From: Octopus vulgaris
Taxonomy: Eukaryota
DNA length: 64,000 nucleotides
Direction: 5' to 3'
Assembly (NCBI GenBank): GCA_951406725.2
Contig: OX597823.1
Span: 48,112,001 to 48,176,000, forward strand
The notes beneath the pieces were generated by a model. That model was given only the letters and a program-made list of their open reading frames with translations, ran no database searches and was not told where the DNA came from. Both the position numbers and the translations under genes were made by a program. This document shows, piece after piece, positions 1-13,410 of this stretch (its first letter is position 1; the number at the start of each line of letters is the position of its first letter).

Positions 1-2749
1 ACTGCCTTACAGACTGTTACCATTTATGTCTCAGTTTTAGAACTGATATGCTATAGCCCAGCATGCTGTAGAAGGTGACTAGGCAGTTGATTACAAGAAC
101 GGCATCTGGCTCTAAAACATTGCCTCAGAAAAATTTTCCATTCCATACCAGCATTGCAGGCTACTGCTCCTGCCGCCGATGATGATGATGATGATGGTGT
201 ATCTTACCTATTTAGTATGTGCGTTATAAACTGTGTGTTAGTAGGAAGTAGGCATATATGTGTTAGTAGGATGTAGTTAGCATCGAGAGGAAACGGTCCA
301 AAATATATTTTATGCAGTGCAGCAGCAGATACCGTGCTATTTGATTCACTGTGAAGTGGTAGATATTCAACTGAAAGCTCTTTATGTAAATATATGTTTC
401 AAAATTTACAGCTGTAGCTGACCTATGTCATAATATATGTAACCAAAATGGTAGTTTCCAACTGAATATATTCATTATAAAGCCAATTGTCTTATTTATT
501 TGATACTTGCCAGCATTGATTACAAATATTCTTTTCATGTCAGTAAACTAAATAGCAATCTGAATATTTGCATGAATAATGTGAGCTAATATTCTCTGAT
601 TCGCTGCTATTCCTAATGCTAACCACTGTGCTGTCTAGTAGTTTTTGGTACCTGTTACTCAGCTAGCTAGATCGAGGAATGTTGGGAACTGTGCCACTGC
701 ACAATGCAGTTTGTGTTCTTTGGATAGGCATGCTTCAAATAATCGGCATTTGTGTGTCTGTTTATTATATGTATGTGCATATTTTGTTACATACTCATAC
801 ATATATATATAACACATACACACACATGTGTGTATGTGTACTCAATTCGGTCACACAGAGGTTTCTTCCCTTGTCAGCATATGTATATACATTTGCGCTC
901 TTCCTACAGCACAAGGAGTATTTTACTCTTATTTCTAGCAATTTAGGTGTCTCAGTACTCTTAGTCACATTTAGTGATGATTGAATTCTTCTTTATGGAA
1001 TTATATTGAACCCAGCTGTTTATATTAATTTGATACACACACTCACTAACTCACTCACTCTTTTACTTATTTCAGTCATTTGACTGTGACCATGCTGGAG
1101 TACCATCTCAAAGGGTTTTCATTTGAATGAATCGACCCTGGGACTTATTTTTTAAGCCTAGTTCTTATTCTATCAGTCTCTTTTGCCAACCCACTACGTT
1201 ACAGGGGTGTAAACACATCAACGCCAGTTGTCAAGCGGTGACATGGGAACAAAGACACATACACATATACATATACATACATACGCGACAGGCTTCTTTC
1301 AATTAGAGTCTTCCAAATCCACTCAAAGCTTTGGTCAACCCGAGGCTATAGTAGAAGACACTTGCCCAAGGTCCCTTGCAATAGGATTGAACTTGGAACC
1401 ATGTGGTTGGAAAACTAGCTTCCTACACAACCACACCTACATATATATATATATATATATATATATAAATGTCTTGAGTTCTAAATACACATACATATGT
1501 GTGTATGTATATGTCTTTTTTTGATATACACAAATCAATCCACTATTTATTCTCTTACTTTATTCTACAATGATAATAACAATAGTCCTTTCTGCTATAG
1601 ACACAAGTGGTGGTGGTGGTGGAGATAATCGATTACATCAACTCTCGTGCATTACTAGTACTTAATTTATCAACCTTGAAAAGATGAAAAGTGCAGTTGA
1701 CCCCAGCAGCATTTGAACTCAGAATGTGAAGACCAATGAAATATTGCTAAGCATTTCACCCAGCATGCTGACAACTCTGCCAGCTCATTGCCTTAATAAT
1801 AATAATAATAATTTATTTTGGTACAAGGTCAGCAATTTTAAAGGGATCTTATCAGCACCAGAGAGACAAAAGCCAAGGTTGAATTCAGAACATAAAATGA
1901 TGGGACAAATATTTGCATGGCATTATAATACCTGACCCTTTCGTGATTTTGGCAATCCACTTCCCTCTATAATCATTTCTGTAATGCCTAATATTTTGAG
2001 GGGACTGAGAGGAATTTTGAGAAGGTTTAGTCAGTTCCATTGACCTCAGTACTTGATTGGTTCTTTATTTTATTCACCCCTGCACCTTCCTGTAAAATGA
2101 TAAGTTAATCCTGGCATGATTTGAACTCAGAATATAAAGGAATGGAATAAATGTTGCTACTCAGCTATTTTTCCAAAGCCCTAACACAGTGGTTCTTCAC
2201 CACTTTTTTTTTTCCTCTGGACTTCTTTGATTCCTGTTTTACTCTACAGGATCCCCATAGCTAGTTGATGTTTTAAAAAAATCTCATATTTTTATACTTA
2301 GATAGTAGGAATTGTATTAAAACAAAAATTGTTAAAATAGTTTGCGGATCATAGTATAACCAATATAATGCACATAAAATTTCAACAACAAAATCTTCTT
2401 CGGACCCTGGTTGAGAACCCGCTGTTCCAACGATTCCACAGAAGCCTCACCTGTAGGTTATGTGCTATACAATACAACTATCTCCTTCTAATGATAACTA
2501 GTCGAGACAGCTACTTGCAACTCGTTTTCTGTTCAGGTTCTTTCTCAATGGATTGACTGATTCTCAAAATGTAAAGTTCTTCCTATTTAATTTGATAAAA
2601 ATATTTATCAAGGTCATCACTGGTGGTAAGATTGAATTTTTGTTGCGGTTTCTTTTTTTTTTATTTTCTTATTTGCAGCTATTGTTGTTGTTGTTGTTAT
2701 AAATAATCCTTTTTTTTTTTTTTATTCTCTCACTGTTGTAAATCACTTT

Positions 2750-2811
<62 letters not shown>

Positions 2812-3773
2812 AATGCTTCTCTTAGTTCAGTATGTTATAGTAGGAAAAGAAGAAAAAAAACTAAAACATTATCAGCTGAGTTAGCTCTCTAATGGAATCC
2901 TAATTGTTTTTTTTTGTTTTTGTTCCTTTTCTCTCACCCCCCTCCTCTCTTCAGTATTGATTGCTAGTTGTTCTGCATATGGCTGTGATAGCCTCCTATA
3001 CTTTCATAGTCAGTTTCTTTCTGCTAATGATAAAGAGGAAACATTTTACTACATTATTTATCATCAGTGGTTTCATTGACACTTCTTATTCACCATTACG
3101 GTATAAAATATCCCACTTTTTTTTTTTTACCCTAACCTATATGAGGGCCTAACTGCAATTAAAGAAACAGAATTTATTGTCTGGAATCTGAAATCGGGAC
3201 ATCCAGTTTTGTTATTGTGATAGTGCTAATGATATGTGTCTGTATTCTTGCTGCATCGTTAAGAGAGCTGTATCATCTCCTTTGTCCATATAATCTGCTA
3301 ACTTGCTTTTCTGTGTTAAAGGTTCAATGGTGATGTATATGACATATCGAAAACAACATTCTACAATATATATACATATATATATATATATGTGTGTATG
3401 TATTCTTTTATTTGTTTCAGTCATTTGACTGTGGCTATGCTGGAACACTATCTTCAAGGGTTCAAGGGTTCTTTTTTTTTTAGTCGAACAAATCGACCCC
3501 AGGATTTATTCTTTGTAAGCCTGGTACTTATTCTGTTGGTTTCTTTTGCCAAGCTGCTAAGTTATGGGGACGTTAACACACCGAGTGATGTAGATGGGGG
3601 AGGGGGCAAACACTGACACTGAGACACACATATAGATACACACACACACACACACACAAGCTTTTTACAGTTTCCATCTACCAAATCCCTCACAAGGTGC
3701 CACACAGTGGGACTGAACCCAGAACCATGTGGTTGGGAAAGCAATCTTCTTACCACACAATTACACCTGCGCC

Positions 3774-3827
<54 letters not shown>

Positions 3828-4593
3828 TAGTAGTATAGAAGTGGCTGTGTGGCATGAAGCTTGCTTCCCTACCACATCATTCTAGGTTCAGTCCCTGTGT
3901 AACACATTGGGCAAGTGTCTTCTGCTATAGCCTCAGGTCAACCAATGTCTTGAGAGCAGATTTAATAGACAGAAAATGAAAATGTGTCTGTCTTTGTGAC
4001 TGTCACCCCACACCAGTTTGGCAAAAGGGACCGATAGAATAAGTACCAGGCTTTTCAAAAAAAAAAGAATAATTGGGGCTGATTCATTTGGCTAAAATTC
4101 CTCAAGGCGGGGCCACAGTCTAATGACTGAAACATAAATGATAAAGATATTAGGCATACTTGTATGGTTAAGAAGTTCTCTTTGCAATCTCATGATTTTG
4201 GATTCAGTTTCACTGCACATTACCTTGGGCAAGTTTCTTCTAATCACTCTCTGCCAGCCAATTCGTTGTGAAAGAATCCACAAGGCTTTGATTGGCCTGG
4301 GGTTATGGTGGAAAACACTTGTCCAAGGTGCTATATACAATGGGATTAAATACAAGACTATATGGTTAGGAAAATAACTTTAATTTCTTTTTAACTCTGA
4401 GATGTGGCTTAATCTTTTTTGTTATTTAAACTGGCCATACCCATCCCAGATATTCTATTGCTTTTATGTTTTGTGTTCAAACTGACCAGATCCAGTCTCT
4501 CACGCATGCCCACAATGTCATTGTAAAAATAAACAATCACATTTTTGAAACCTTGAAGCTGCAAGATACCACATTGTTAATTCAAAATAGTGA

Positions 4594-4915
4594 AGGCACA
4601 TGGCTCAGTGCTTAGAGCATTGTGCTCACAATCATGAAGTAGTGAGTTTGATTCCCAGACCTGGCTGTATGTTGTGCTCTTGAGCAAGGCACTTTATATC
4701 ATGTTACTCAGCTGTAGAAATGAATTGCATTGTCACTGATGCCAGGCTGTATCAGCCTTTGCCTTTCCTTTGGATAACATTAGTGGTGTGAAGAGGGAAG
4801 GCTGATGTGCATGGATGACTGCTGGTTTTCCATAAGCATCTTTACTCAGACTTGTGCCTCGGAGGAGAACTTTCTAGGTATCATGGTCATTCATGACCAA
4901 AGTGGGTCTTTACTT
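4594..4915 (+). mobile_element. tRNA-derived SINE family C
   Basis: GGCACATGGCTCAGTG..GTTTGATTCC head and TGTTGTG(T/C)TCTTGAGCAAG(A/G)CACTT domain. Relatives at 8745-9072, 17570-17920(-), 18291-18550, 19427-19820, 31705-31940(-), 43898-44200, 52360-52630, 59558-59810. Confidence 0.85.
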
Positions 4916-5166
4916 CTTCTAATTCAAAATAATGTGAATAAACAAGCATTACTTTTGACAATAATTTGAAAGCTTAACTGGTTAAAAGACATTTCGCTGC
5001 TATTTTCACACAGGTTCTATAACCATGTAGAAGCACTTTCATTTATTTGTTTATTGGATGGATAGCCAACAGAGTATGTGAGGGGTTAAACCCGCAAGTT
5101 TTAGAAGCCATAACTATAATAGCTTCAGTAGATTAGGCTGTGGTTGAACACTGCATGTAATTTCAT

Positions 5167-5335
5167 TGTTATGCTAATATTGTTGTAACATTGCATATGT
5201 TTTACATGTTTAGACTATTTAAGGTGGCTATCAGCTCAATGTCAGAGCTTGGCTATTCGGTTGTATAAATCTTCTAAATGTAAAAGATCGCATGTGACTC
5301 TGGCTTTACTTGGATAAACTTAGCACAGCATAACA
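5167..5335 (+). repeat. 5' LTR (~170 bp)
   Basis: TG...CA ends with a perfect 9-bp terminal inverted repeat TGTTATGCT/AGCATAACA; followed by PBS-like TGGCG. Confidence 0.75.
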
Positions 5336-5591
5336 ATGGCGCCGCCAGTTAAAAGCAGTGAACTTCCATTCAGAGACCCAGACATAACAAAAGAATGGTT
5401 ATGATGCTTCGCTGCTGCAGCATGATTGAAAAATCTTCTGGACATAATTGACAAGAAGCAAATAATGCATTTGTTTTAATATAATGGCTGTGCACAAAGT
5501 TTCTTTAAGGGTTAACATGTGGAAAATAATGAATATTGTTTATGTCGTAAGAATTCAGAAACTTTGAAAGACATGAAATAAATTGCTTTTA

Positions 5592-5751
5592 AAGCAGATA
5601 AAGCTATAAATAATAGGGTGTAAATATTAGGTTTTAAAAAAAACCTTAGGATGTTAAAAGTCAAAGGCTCTAAGGCAGTCTTTGACTTTTACCATCCAAG
5701 GGTTTTTTAAACTCATTATTTGCATGTTGTCATTTATGGCTTTATCTGCTT
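5592..5751. repeat. 160-bp foldback/MITE
   Basis: AAGCAGATAAAGCTATAAAT...ATTTATGGCTTTATCTGCTT, with inner AAAAGTCAAAG / CTTTGACTTTT. Confidence 0.75.
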
Positions 5752-5946
5752 CTGATTCCATCATAACTAATTCAGCATTTTAAAATGATTTCTAAATTTC
5801 AGAGAATTGGCTAAATATTAAAAAAAGAAGAAAAAGTAAGAGTGACCTTGAGTTTATTACATGTTGATAGAAGCAAATAAATGTCCAATTCTAAATATTG
5901 CTTTTGTTGATGTAAGCATGCACCATTAAAGTATCATGCATTTGAT

Positions 5947-6306
5947 TTGTCATTGGCAGTGCATATACTCCAAGATACTTTATTTCATGTTACTCCAGCT
6001 CACTCACCTGTAGAAATGAGTTGCGACATCACTGGTGCCAGGTTATATCAGCCTTTGCCTTTCTCTTGAATAACATCGGTAGTGTGGAGAGGGAAGACTG
6101 GTATGCATAGGTGACTGTTGGTCTTCCATAAACAACCTTGCCTGGACTTGTGCCTTGGAGGGGGACTTTCTATGTGCAACCCTATGGTCATTCATGACTG
6201 AAGGATCTTTACCTTTACATATATTAAAACTGGAATGATACAGAGAAGATAGGCATGGCTCCTGTGCAAGGATGACATGCAAATTCACGAAGCGTTCCAC
6301 ATTTTT
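5947..6306 (+). pseudogene. U6: U6 snRNA retro-pseudogene split by a SINE fragment
   Basis: 6217-6306 matches U6 from ACATAT through ACAGAGA box, AAGGATGACA, GAAGCGTTCC to the terminal TTTTT. 5' part ttggcagtgcatatact lies at ~5953-5969. CATATA(C/T)T is duplicated either side of the SINE. Confidence 0.9.
5970..6218 (+). mobile_element. 5'-truncated tRNA-SINE (family C) inserted in the U6 copy
   Basis: Matches the body and tail of the SINEs at 4594-4915 and 8745-9072; ends tttacctttac. Confidence 0.8.
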
Positions 6307-6960
6307 AAAGATATAGGATGAATTTGTAAGAAAAGATCTTCAGACAATGGGCCTTACAGAGGAGGCGACAGGGCGCCAAGACTCCTGGCAGTTAGCTGTG
6401 CTTGAGAAGACACATTGAGTTAAGTAAAACCGAGATTGTCCTTGCATACAGGCATGTTCCCTGTATCACTCTCCAACTGAGTCTTCTTAATCTTGCAGGC
6501 TTGTGGGTACCAATGTCATAAAATGCATCCATACTGGCGTTATGCAAATGCACCCATGCCAGTGCTGTGTATAAGCACCCTTCATACTGTTAACCCTTTT
6601 GTTACTGTATTTATTTTGAGATGCTCTGTGTTTCTTCCAATTATTTTAAATATAACAAAGAATTAAGTAAAATAACATCGTTATCATTAAGCTAGTGTTA
6701 GGAACGTAAATTGTGACTAAGGTTTGGTGGAAGATTTTAATTCAAAACTTTTGAAAACCAGACATTTGTGCTAAAGAGCCAGAGCTGGTTTCAGACAGGT
6801 TGGTAACGAAAGGGTTAAGTGGTTGGCAATAGGATGTGCACCCAGCTGTAAAAATCTTGCCAAACCAGACATAGAGCCTGGGCAGTTCTTCAGCTGGCCG
6901 GCTCCTGTCAAACCAGCCAATGCATGCCAGCATAGTAAACAGATGTTGCATGATGATGAT
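6307..6960 (+). mobile_element. 3' end of an RTE-clade LINE fused directly to the U6 copy
   Basis: Translates K I * D E F V R K D L Q T M G L T E E A T G R Q D S W Q L A V L E K T (RTE C-terminus, homologous to ~53730-53830), then the family 3' UTR and (GAT)n tail. Confidence 0.8.
6594..6814. mobile_element. piggyBac-like MITE
   Basis: TTAA on both sides; TIR CCCTTTTGTTAC / GTAACGAAAGGG. Confidence 0.85.
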
Positions 6961-6992
6961 AGCCACGTAAAAAAAACAAAAACATATTAAAT

Positions 6993-7410
6993 GTAGGCGC
7001 AGGAGTGGCTGTGTGGTAAGTAGCTTGTTTACCAACCACATGGTTCCAGGTTCAGTCCCACTGCATGGCACCTTGGGCAAGTGTCTTCTACTATAGCCTC
7101 AGGCCGACCAAAGCCTTGTGAGTGGATTTGGTAGATGGAAACTGAAAGAAACCTGTCGTATATATGTGTATATATATATGTGTGTGTGTGTGTATGTTTG
7201 TATGTCTGTGTTTGTCCCCCCAACATCGCTTGACAACCGATGCTGGTGTGTTTATGTCCCCGTCACTTAGCGGTTCGGCAAAAGAGGCTGATAAAAATAA
7301 GTACTGGGCTTACAAAGAATAAGTCCCAGGGTCGAGTTGCTCGATTAAAGGCGGTGCTCCAGCATGGCCGCAGTCAAATGACTGAAACAAGTAAAAAAGT
7401 AAAAGAGTAG
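6993..7410 (+). mobile_element. tRNA-derived SINE family A (internal TG/TA microsatellite)
   Basis: A-box TGGCTGTGTGG, B-box GGTTCAGTCC, tail GCTCCAGCATGGCCGCAGTCAAATGACTGAAACAAGTAAAAGAG. Many copies: 1059-1440(-), 3403-3775(-), 13462-13798(-), 16225-16615(-), 24335-24980(+), 28850-29210(-), 31115-31490(+), 33080-33476(-), 37835-38515(+), 41493-41930(+). Confidence 0.9.
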
Positions 7411-10400
7411 AAAAAGAAACACTTTCAGGGTGTGTTAACTTACAAAACATTTCAAGGAAAATGAAGGCTTTGAAAACTTCTGCAAGTGTTTATGGAATTG
7501 GCCTAAAAGAGCTACTTTAGCCAGTTAAGAATACACAAGACTTGCTTTCACTTTCCGTTTATTTCTTGAAATACTGAAATTTTCATTGCACCTTTTTGAC
7601 CTGGTCATTGACACAGTTCTTCTGCATCTGTTAGAAATTAGTTACAGGTAAGTTTATATGATTCTTAGAGATTTTTCATAACTCTCTTTGTCTCTGTACC
7701 TCCTCTCTCTCTCTCTCATTGAATATTTTGGGCATATGCATTCTTGTTTTAACCTTTTGCCATGGGCTACCATAAATACTTTTAGTTTCAGTTCTTCTGT
7801 TGGTCTGTAAATTTTATATTTCTCTTTCTGCAGTTCCTTCTATTTGTGTGCATACATACACCTGTGATTTGTCTTGCGTATTATTTATAAATTATTATTT
7901 GGTTTCTTTCTTTTTTTTTTTTGTTTACCATTTAAATGCATCAGCTTTGGAAGAATTTAATTTCAATAGAATAACTTAGCAGATTAAACATAGCAAACCA
8001 TGTCTACAAATGTTAAAAAATAAACCATGGCAACAAAATGTTAGAATAGAACCTAAAAGTCGCTTACAGAGGTCAAACAGCAGCTGTACTGTAGCCACAT
8101 GTTCAAAAGGTAAACAAAGGCAAAATGAAACTAAATAAGACCATAAATTAAAGAAAAACTCCTGAAGATTTAAAAAAAAAATTTTCTGTAAGTAATTTTC
8201 AACAGTTGTAGTGGAATTGTCAGTGAACAGGTTACAGTAAGATGAAAACTTTGGCACCTTAAGAATCTTAAGAACTTGTAGATTAATTTAGTTATAACCA
8301 AAACAAAGAAAGTGTTATCTCAAACTAAAGCAGTTTGATGGCACATTCATTGAATATTTTGGTAAGTTTGATGCTTTCGTGGAAACTGATAACACTTCCT
8401 GATTATGTTGAATGTAAAAACAAAAATCATAAATTATGGCTTGCTTGGGAGGAATGTGATAATTCAACATTAATTCTTGAGATTGAAGTTTCGAAACAAT
8501 TTAGGTGATTAAAGGGTTTTAAAGCTGACATTTTTCTGAATGGGAATACCAGATCATGGTATTTTGTAGACATGGCTATGCCAATCCACATTAAATTAAT
8601 TAGTCATTACGAAGCTAAGGGAAGTACTTACTGAAGCCCTCTTGGAAAAATTTTCACCTGAAAGAAGTGGAGGAGAATCTTCTCAGTGGTTGTAAAAGGG
8701 AAAAGAAAAAAAAGACGGTAGAAATCTCAGAATATGTGAAAGTTTTCACATGGCTCTCTGGTTAGAGCATCAGGATCACAGTCATGAGGTAGTGAGTTCA
8801 ATTCCCAGACTAGGCTGTGTTGTTTTCTTGAGCAAGACACTTTATTTCACGTTGCTCCAGTCCACTCAGCTGTAGAAATGAGCTGCAACATCACTGGCGC
8901 CAAGTTGTATTGGCCTTTGCTTTTCCCTTGGATAACATTGGTGGCATGGAGAGGGGAGGCTAATATGCATGGGTGACTGCTGGTCTTCCATAACTTGTGT
9001 CTTGGAGGGAAACTTTCTAGATGTAATCCTATGGTCATTCATGACCAAGAGGGCGGGGAGGTCTTTTACTTTACTGATAAAGGAATTTATATCACTAGAC
9101 CATTTACTAAGCAAGAATTAGGGATGTAAAAACAACAATGAAGAATCAATTAGTATCTTTTCTTGAATTTGTCAATTTCTATCAGTATCATCATCATCAT
9201 TATAATGTAACGTCTGTTGTTCTTGCTGGAATGGGTTGGACAGTTAGACTATAGCTAGCAAGCTGGGGCGGGGGGCTGCACCAAACTCCAGTCTGATTTG
9301 GCATGGTTTCTATGGCTGGATGCCATTGCCAACCACTTCAGTGTGCAGGGTGCTTTCACATGGCACTGCATGGGCAATTGGTCATTATTCAGACTTCACA
9401 CTTGCATCACTTTGTAAATATGTTGTCCCGTCTTCATAGGGAATTCAACAACAGATGCTATTTTAGCATATAAAGCTTTATATAAAGCTTTATCAAAGCC
9501 GGTGATCCTCATTTATGATGTCACAAGAGGTTTTATGAACAACTGATACAAGTGAAAAGGTTATATCAAGAATATTTTCTCAAAACAGCCATCCTGGACT
9601 TTATTTGCTGAAATCTCTAACCACAGTTGAGAGGAGCCTTGATGTCTGTATGGTATATTGAAAAACAGTATTTTCTGCTCGGACAACATTTTACAAGTCT
9701 CAGATCATAGGTAACTGGAATAGTTTTTAGTAAAAGTTATGTGTCTTCTAGATGGGTTTTACAACTGATAGCATTTGATTATAAAATATATAATGTAAAG
9801 GGATCTTAAATAGTTCATGTTGATGCATTATCACAGTTGTGATTTATTGGTTTAGCTGAATGATAATGTTGTTATTTTTCGTGATGTATGTATTAATGGC
9901 AAATCTGTTGAAATTCTATGTACCAAAGTAGATCATCATCATTTCACATCCATTGTCGATGCTGACATAAGTTGGATGGTTTGACAGGGGCTGGCAAACT
10001 GGAGATCTACACCAGACTCCAATCATCATTGTCATGTTTAACATGATGATGATGATTTATTTTTCCATCTAATGAAGATTGTTATTATTAAGTGTATAAA
10101 TATAAAGTTGAAGGCTGCCAATGATAATATTTAAAATAGTAAATTAAAAAAACATTTATTAAAAATAATAAATAGGTCGATTTTTTTTTGGTTGTTGAAA
10201 AGGCATTAAAAGTCATAGAAACACTGAAAGATGGTATCTTGTATAATGGATGATTAATTGTCCCACCAAAAGAAATGATAAAATTTATACATGTTGTGCA
10301 TTGGTATCTCAACAGCAACGAAGAAATGGTGGAGATTAGAAGCCTAGTCGTCAGGTTACTGTGAAAATGTAGAATGACATGTCCAGCATGTGGTAGAATA

Positions 10401-11666
10401 AAACCAGAATTATCTGACTCATTGCTCACATGATTTAAAGAAATTAATGCATAGATATGGTCTGCATGTAGATTAATACTTATGTCAAGAATTATGGACT
10501 GTTCTTAATATTTGTTGATGCAAAGGCAGCAAGCTGGCAGAATTGTCAGCACATTGGGCAAAATGGTTAGCAGCATTTCATATATCTAAATGTTCTGGGT
10601 TCAAATTCTACTGAGGCTGATTTTTGCCTTTCATCCTTTCGAAGCCTATAAAATAAGTACCAGCTGAGCAAACCCCTCCCTCGAAATTGCTGGCCTTGTG
10701 CCAAAAATTGAAACCAATATTAAGTTGCCCAAAGGTGGCAAGCTGGCAAAATCGTAAGCACACTGGGCACAGTACTTAGTTGCATTTCATCCATATGTAT
10801 GTTCCGAGTTCAAATTCTGCTGTGGTTAATTTTTGCTTTTCATCCCCTCAGGGTTGATAAAATAAGTAGCAGTTGAACATTAGGACCAATGCAATCAACT
10901 TACCCCTTCTTCCAAAATTGCTGGACTTGTGCCAGAATTTGAAGCCACTATTTCTTGATGCATTTTCTGGGTGGTCATAAGAAACAGGAATAAAGGAGAG
11001 ACAGATAATTATTAAGAATTGAGTTTTTGTGAGGTGGGTGTCGAGAAATAGTGTTTCAGAAACACTAACAATGCCTGTAAGTTTTCTAATAAAGCTTTAT
11101 ATACAATAAGATGGCATGTAAACCTATGACAATACATCCATATCATCTCGAATAAAATGGAATTGCTAAAGGAATAGTTGTACATATTAAAATGGGTTTA
11201 AAAGCACATTCACTAAGTAAAGTGTCTATTAATATATATTTAATTTGCATGCTTTTGAGTTATCAGACAATGCCTCTCTTTTGAAGACTTCTTTGTCCAT
11301 CTGCTTAGGTGGCAGACAAATATGATCACCAATAACAATGTTTTATGAAACTGCAGCTCCAGTTTTGGTATTGATGCAGAAGAAATGATAAACCACAACA
11401 AGCTAGATTTATATCTGAAGCAGGAAATAATACAGCTGTGGTTCTTAAAATGAATTAGCTCACACAGATCAAATAAATAATGACACAAATATTGATAGTG
11501 AATGAAAATACAGAATCAGTCAGTACAAGCTTTGAATGATATTCCAGACTCTAATAAAGATTGTAATTTGACAACCAATACAAGAACAAGCATTGCAAAT
11601 GATGGTAGGCATTATTCTGAAATAGTGAAAGGAATTAAGCCAAATCATTTCTGGGTGATAGGATAT

Positions 11667-12061
11667 TGTTATGCTAATATTATTGCTGTGTTGCATGTGT
11701 TTTCATGCTGATTAAGACTATTTAAAGTGAAGGCACATTGCTTAGTGGTTAGGGTGTTGGATTCACAACTGTAAGATTGTGGTTTCGATCCTTGAGCAAG
11801 ACATTTTGTTTCATGTTGCTTCAGTTCACTCAGTTGTAGAAATGAGTGTAGCCTGACGAGAGATGGGCTTAGATCTCGCCCTAGATAAGCCACATGGCTG
11901 CAGCGCCCCAATAACCCCCGAGGGATTAAGGGACTTATCAGTTGTCAGTGGCTAGCATTTCAGACTCAGAACTTGGTGTTTAGTTAACCAAAGCTTCTGA
12001 ATGTAAGAGAACCACTTGTGACTATGGTTGCCCCTTGATAGTGTGAGACAACAGCATGATA
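11667..12061 (+). repeat. 3' LTR, interrupted by a tRNA-SINE (~11730-11935)
   Basis: Colinear similarity to 5167-5335 on both sides of the SINE. Confidence 0.7.
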
Positions 12062-12989
12062 GAAGGAGACTTCTGGTGCTAATGAAGATCTCCTATGTAC
12101 CATCTTAGATACAGAAACAAGGCTATATAGTGGATGAGCTCCTTATTTAGTGTTAAATCGTTCTCAAGAAAATATGATTTTGTATTTTCTATTCTTCCTA
12201 TGTGTGAATAATGTTGTGAGTTAGTATATTTCTGATTTGCAATTATTTACAAATGAGGTTTCTCTATCCATACTTGTATTTTTATATTATATTTGCTATA
12301 AATCTGGGATTTCAATTCCGAATTATCTTTATCATGGAATTAAGTCAGGTTAGTATTAGGAAAAATGAATAGCTTAATTCTTAATGTCTTATGAGATTAA
12401 TTTTAATATGATTTAAATTATCTTGTATCAGAATTTCCCTTAATATCATGCTTGTCTTCTCTTTAAATAATTATTCTGAGGATTATTAAAGTTGGATTTA
12501 ATTTTTGAAAATTTCTTAGTGAGCCTCTGAGGGTTTCTTATTACTATAGTAGCTATTATGTTATCTGATTTATTTTTTTGTTTTCGCTAAGTAATATTAT
12601 ATAATACTATTATACCAGTTTTTAGTTTCTATTTTTTAATTCTTTTTCTTGACTTTTGAAATGTTTTCAAAATTGTTCAATCTTATGTATGATGTGAATG
12701 GCTTGACCAGATCCTACATTGTGTATGTGTGCGCGCACACATACACATATAGATGCATGCATAACTATATGGTAAGAGGTTTGCTTCTCAACTACATGGT
12801 TCTGGGTTCAGTCCCCCAGCATGGCACCTTGAGCAAGTGGCTTCCACTATAGCCTCATGTCAACCAAAGCCTTGTGAGTGGATTTTGTAGGCAGAAACTG
12901 AGAGAAGCTTGGTATATATAAGTGTGTGTGTGTGTCTGTTTGTGTCTTTGTGTGTGTTTATGTACTCCATAACTTTGGTAAAAGTGATT

Positions 12990-13410
12990 AACAAACCATC
13001 TGAACGGGACCATAGCCAGTACCGCATCGACTGGCCCCGTGCTGTGGGCACGTAACAAACACCATCCGATCGTAGCCGTTCGCCAGCCTCGTCTGGCACC
13101 TGTGTCGGTGGCACATAAAAAACACCATCCGAGCGTGGCCGTCTGCCAGCCCTGTCTGGCACCTGTGTCGGTGGCACATAAAAAACACCATTTGAGCGTG
13201 ACCGTCTGCCAGCCTCGTCTGGCACCTGTGTCGGTGGCACATAAAATCACCCACTACACTCTCGGAGTGGTTGGCGTTAGGAAGGGCATCCAGCTGTAGA
13301 AACACTGCCAGATCTGACTGGCCTGGTGCAGCCTTCGGGCTTGCCAGACCCCAGTTGAACCGTCCAACCCATGCTAGCATGGAAAGCGGACGTTAAACGA
13401 TGATGATGAT
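12990..13410 (+). mobile_element. Young RTE LINE 3' UTR with ~59-bp tandem units and (GAT)n tail
   Basis: 3-4 units of GGTGGCACATAAAAAACACCATCCGAGCGTGGCCGTCTGCCAGCCTCGTCTGGCACCTGTGTC, then the common tail ...GGACGTTAAACGATGATGATG. Confidence 0.8.

Larger units (their letters stand above)
5167..12061 (+). mobile_element. Heavily decayed Ty3/Gypsy-like LTR retrotransposon with many nested insertions
   Basis: Two homologous LTRs both start TGTTATGCTAATATT (5167, 11667) and end AGCATAACA (5335) / AGCATGATA (12061). PBS-like TGGCGCCGCCAG at 5337. Purine-rich stretch before the 3' LTR. Decayed pol-like peptides: IKGFKADI ~8510, LYNG*LIVPP ~10240, NGIAKGIV..IKMGL ~11155 (integrase NGxAERxV-like). 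Confidence 0.7.

Noticed and set aside
6217-6306. Functional U6 gene
   Set aside because: Multiple substitutions, 5' end separated by a SINE insertion, and fused to a LINE.
12855-13380. Repetitive Cys/His-rich ORFs (MCHRHRCQT...)
   Set aside because: Open in several frames on both strands because of the GC-rich tandem units of the LINE UTR; not a gene.
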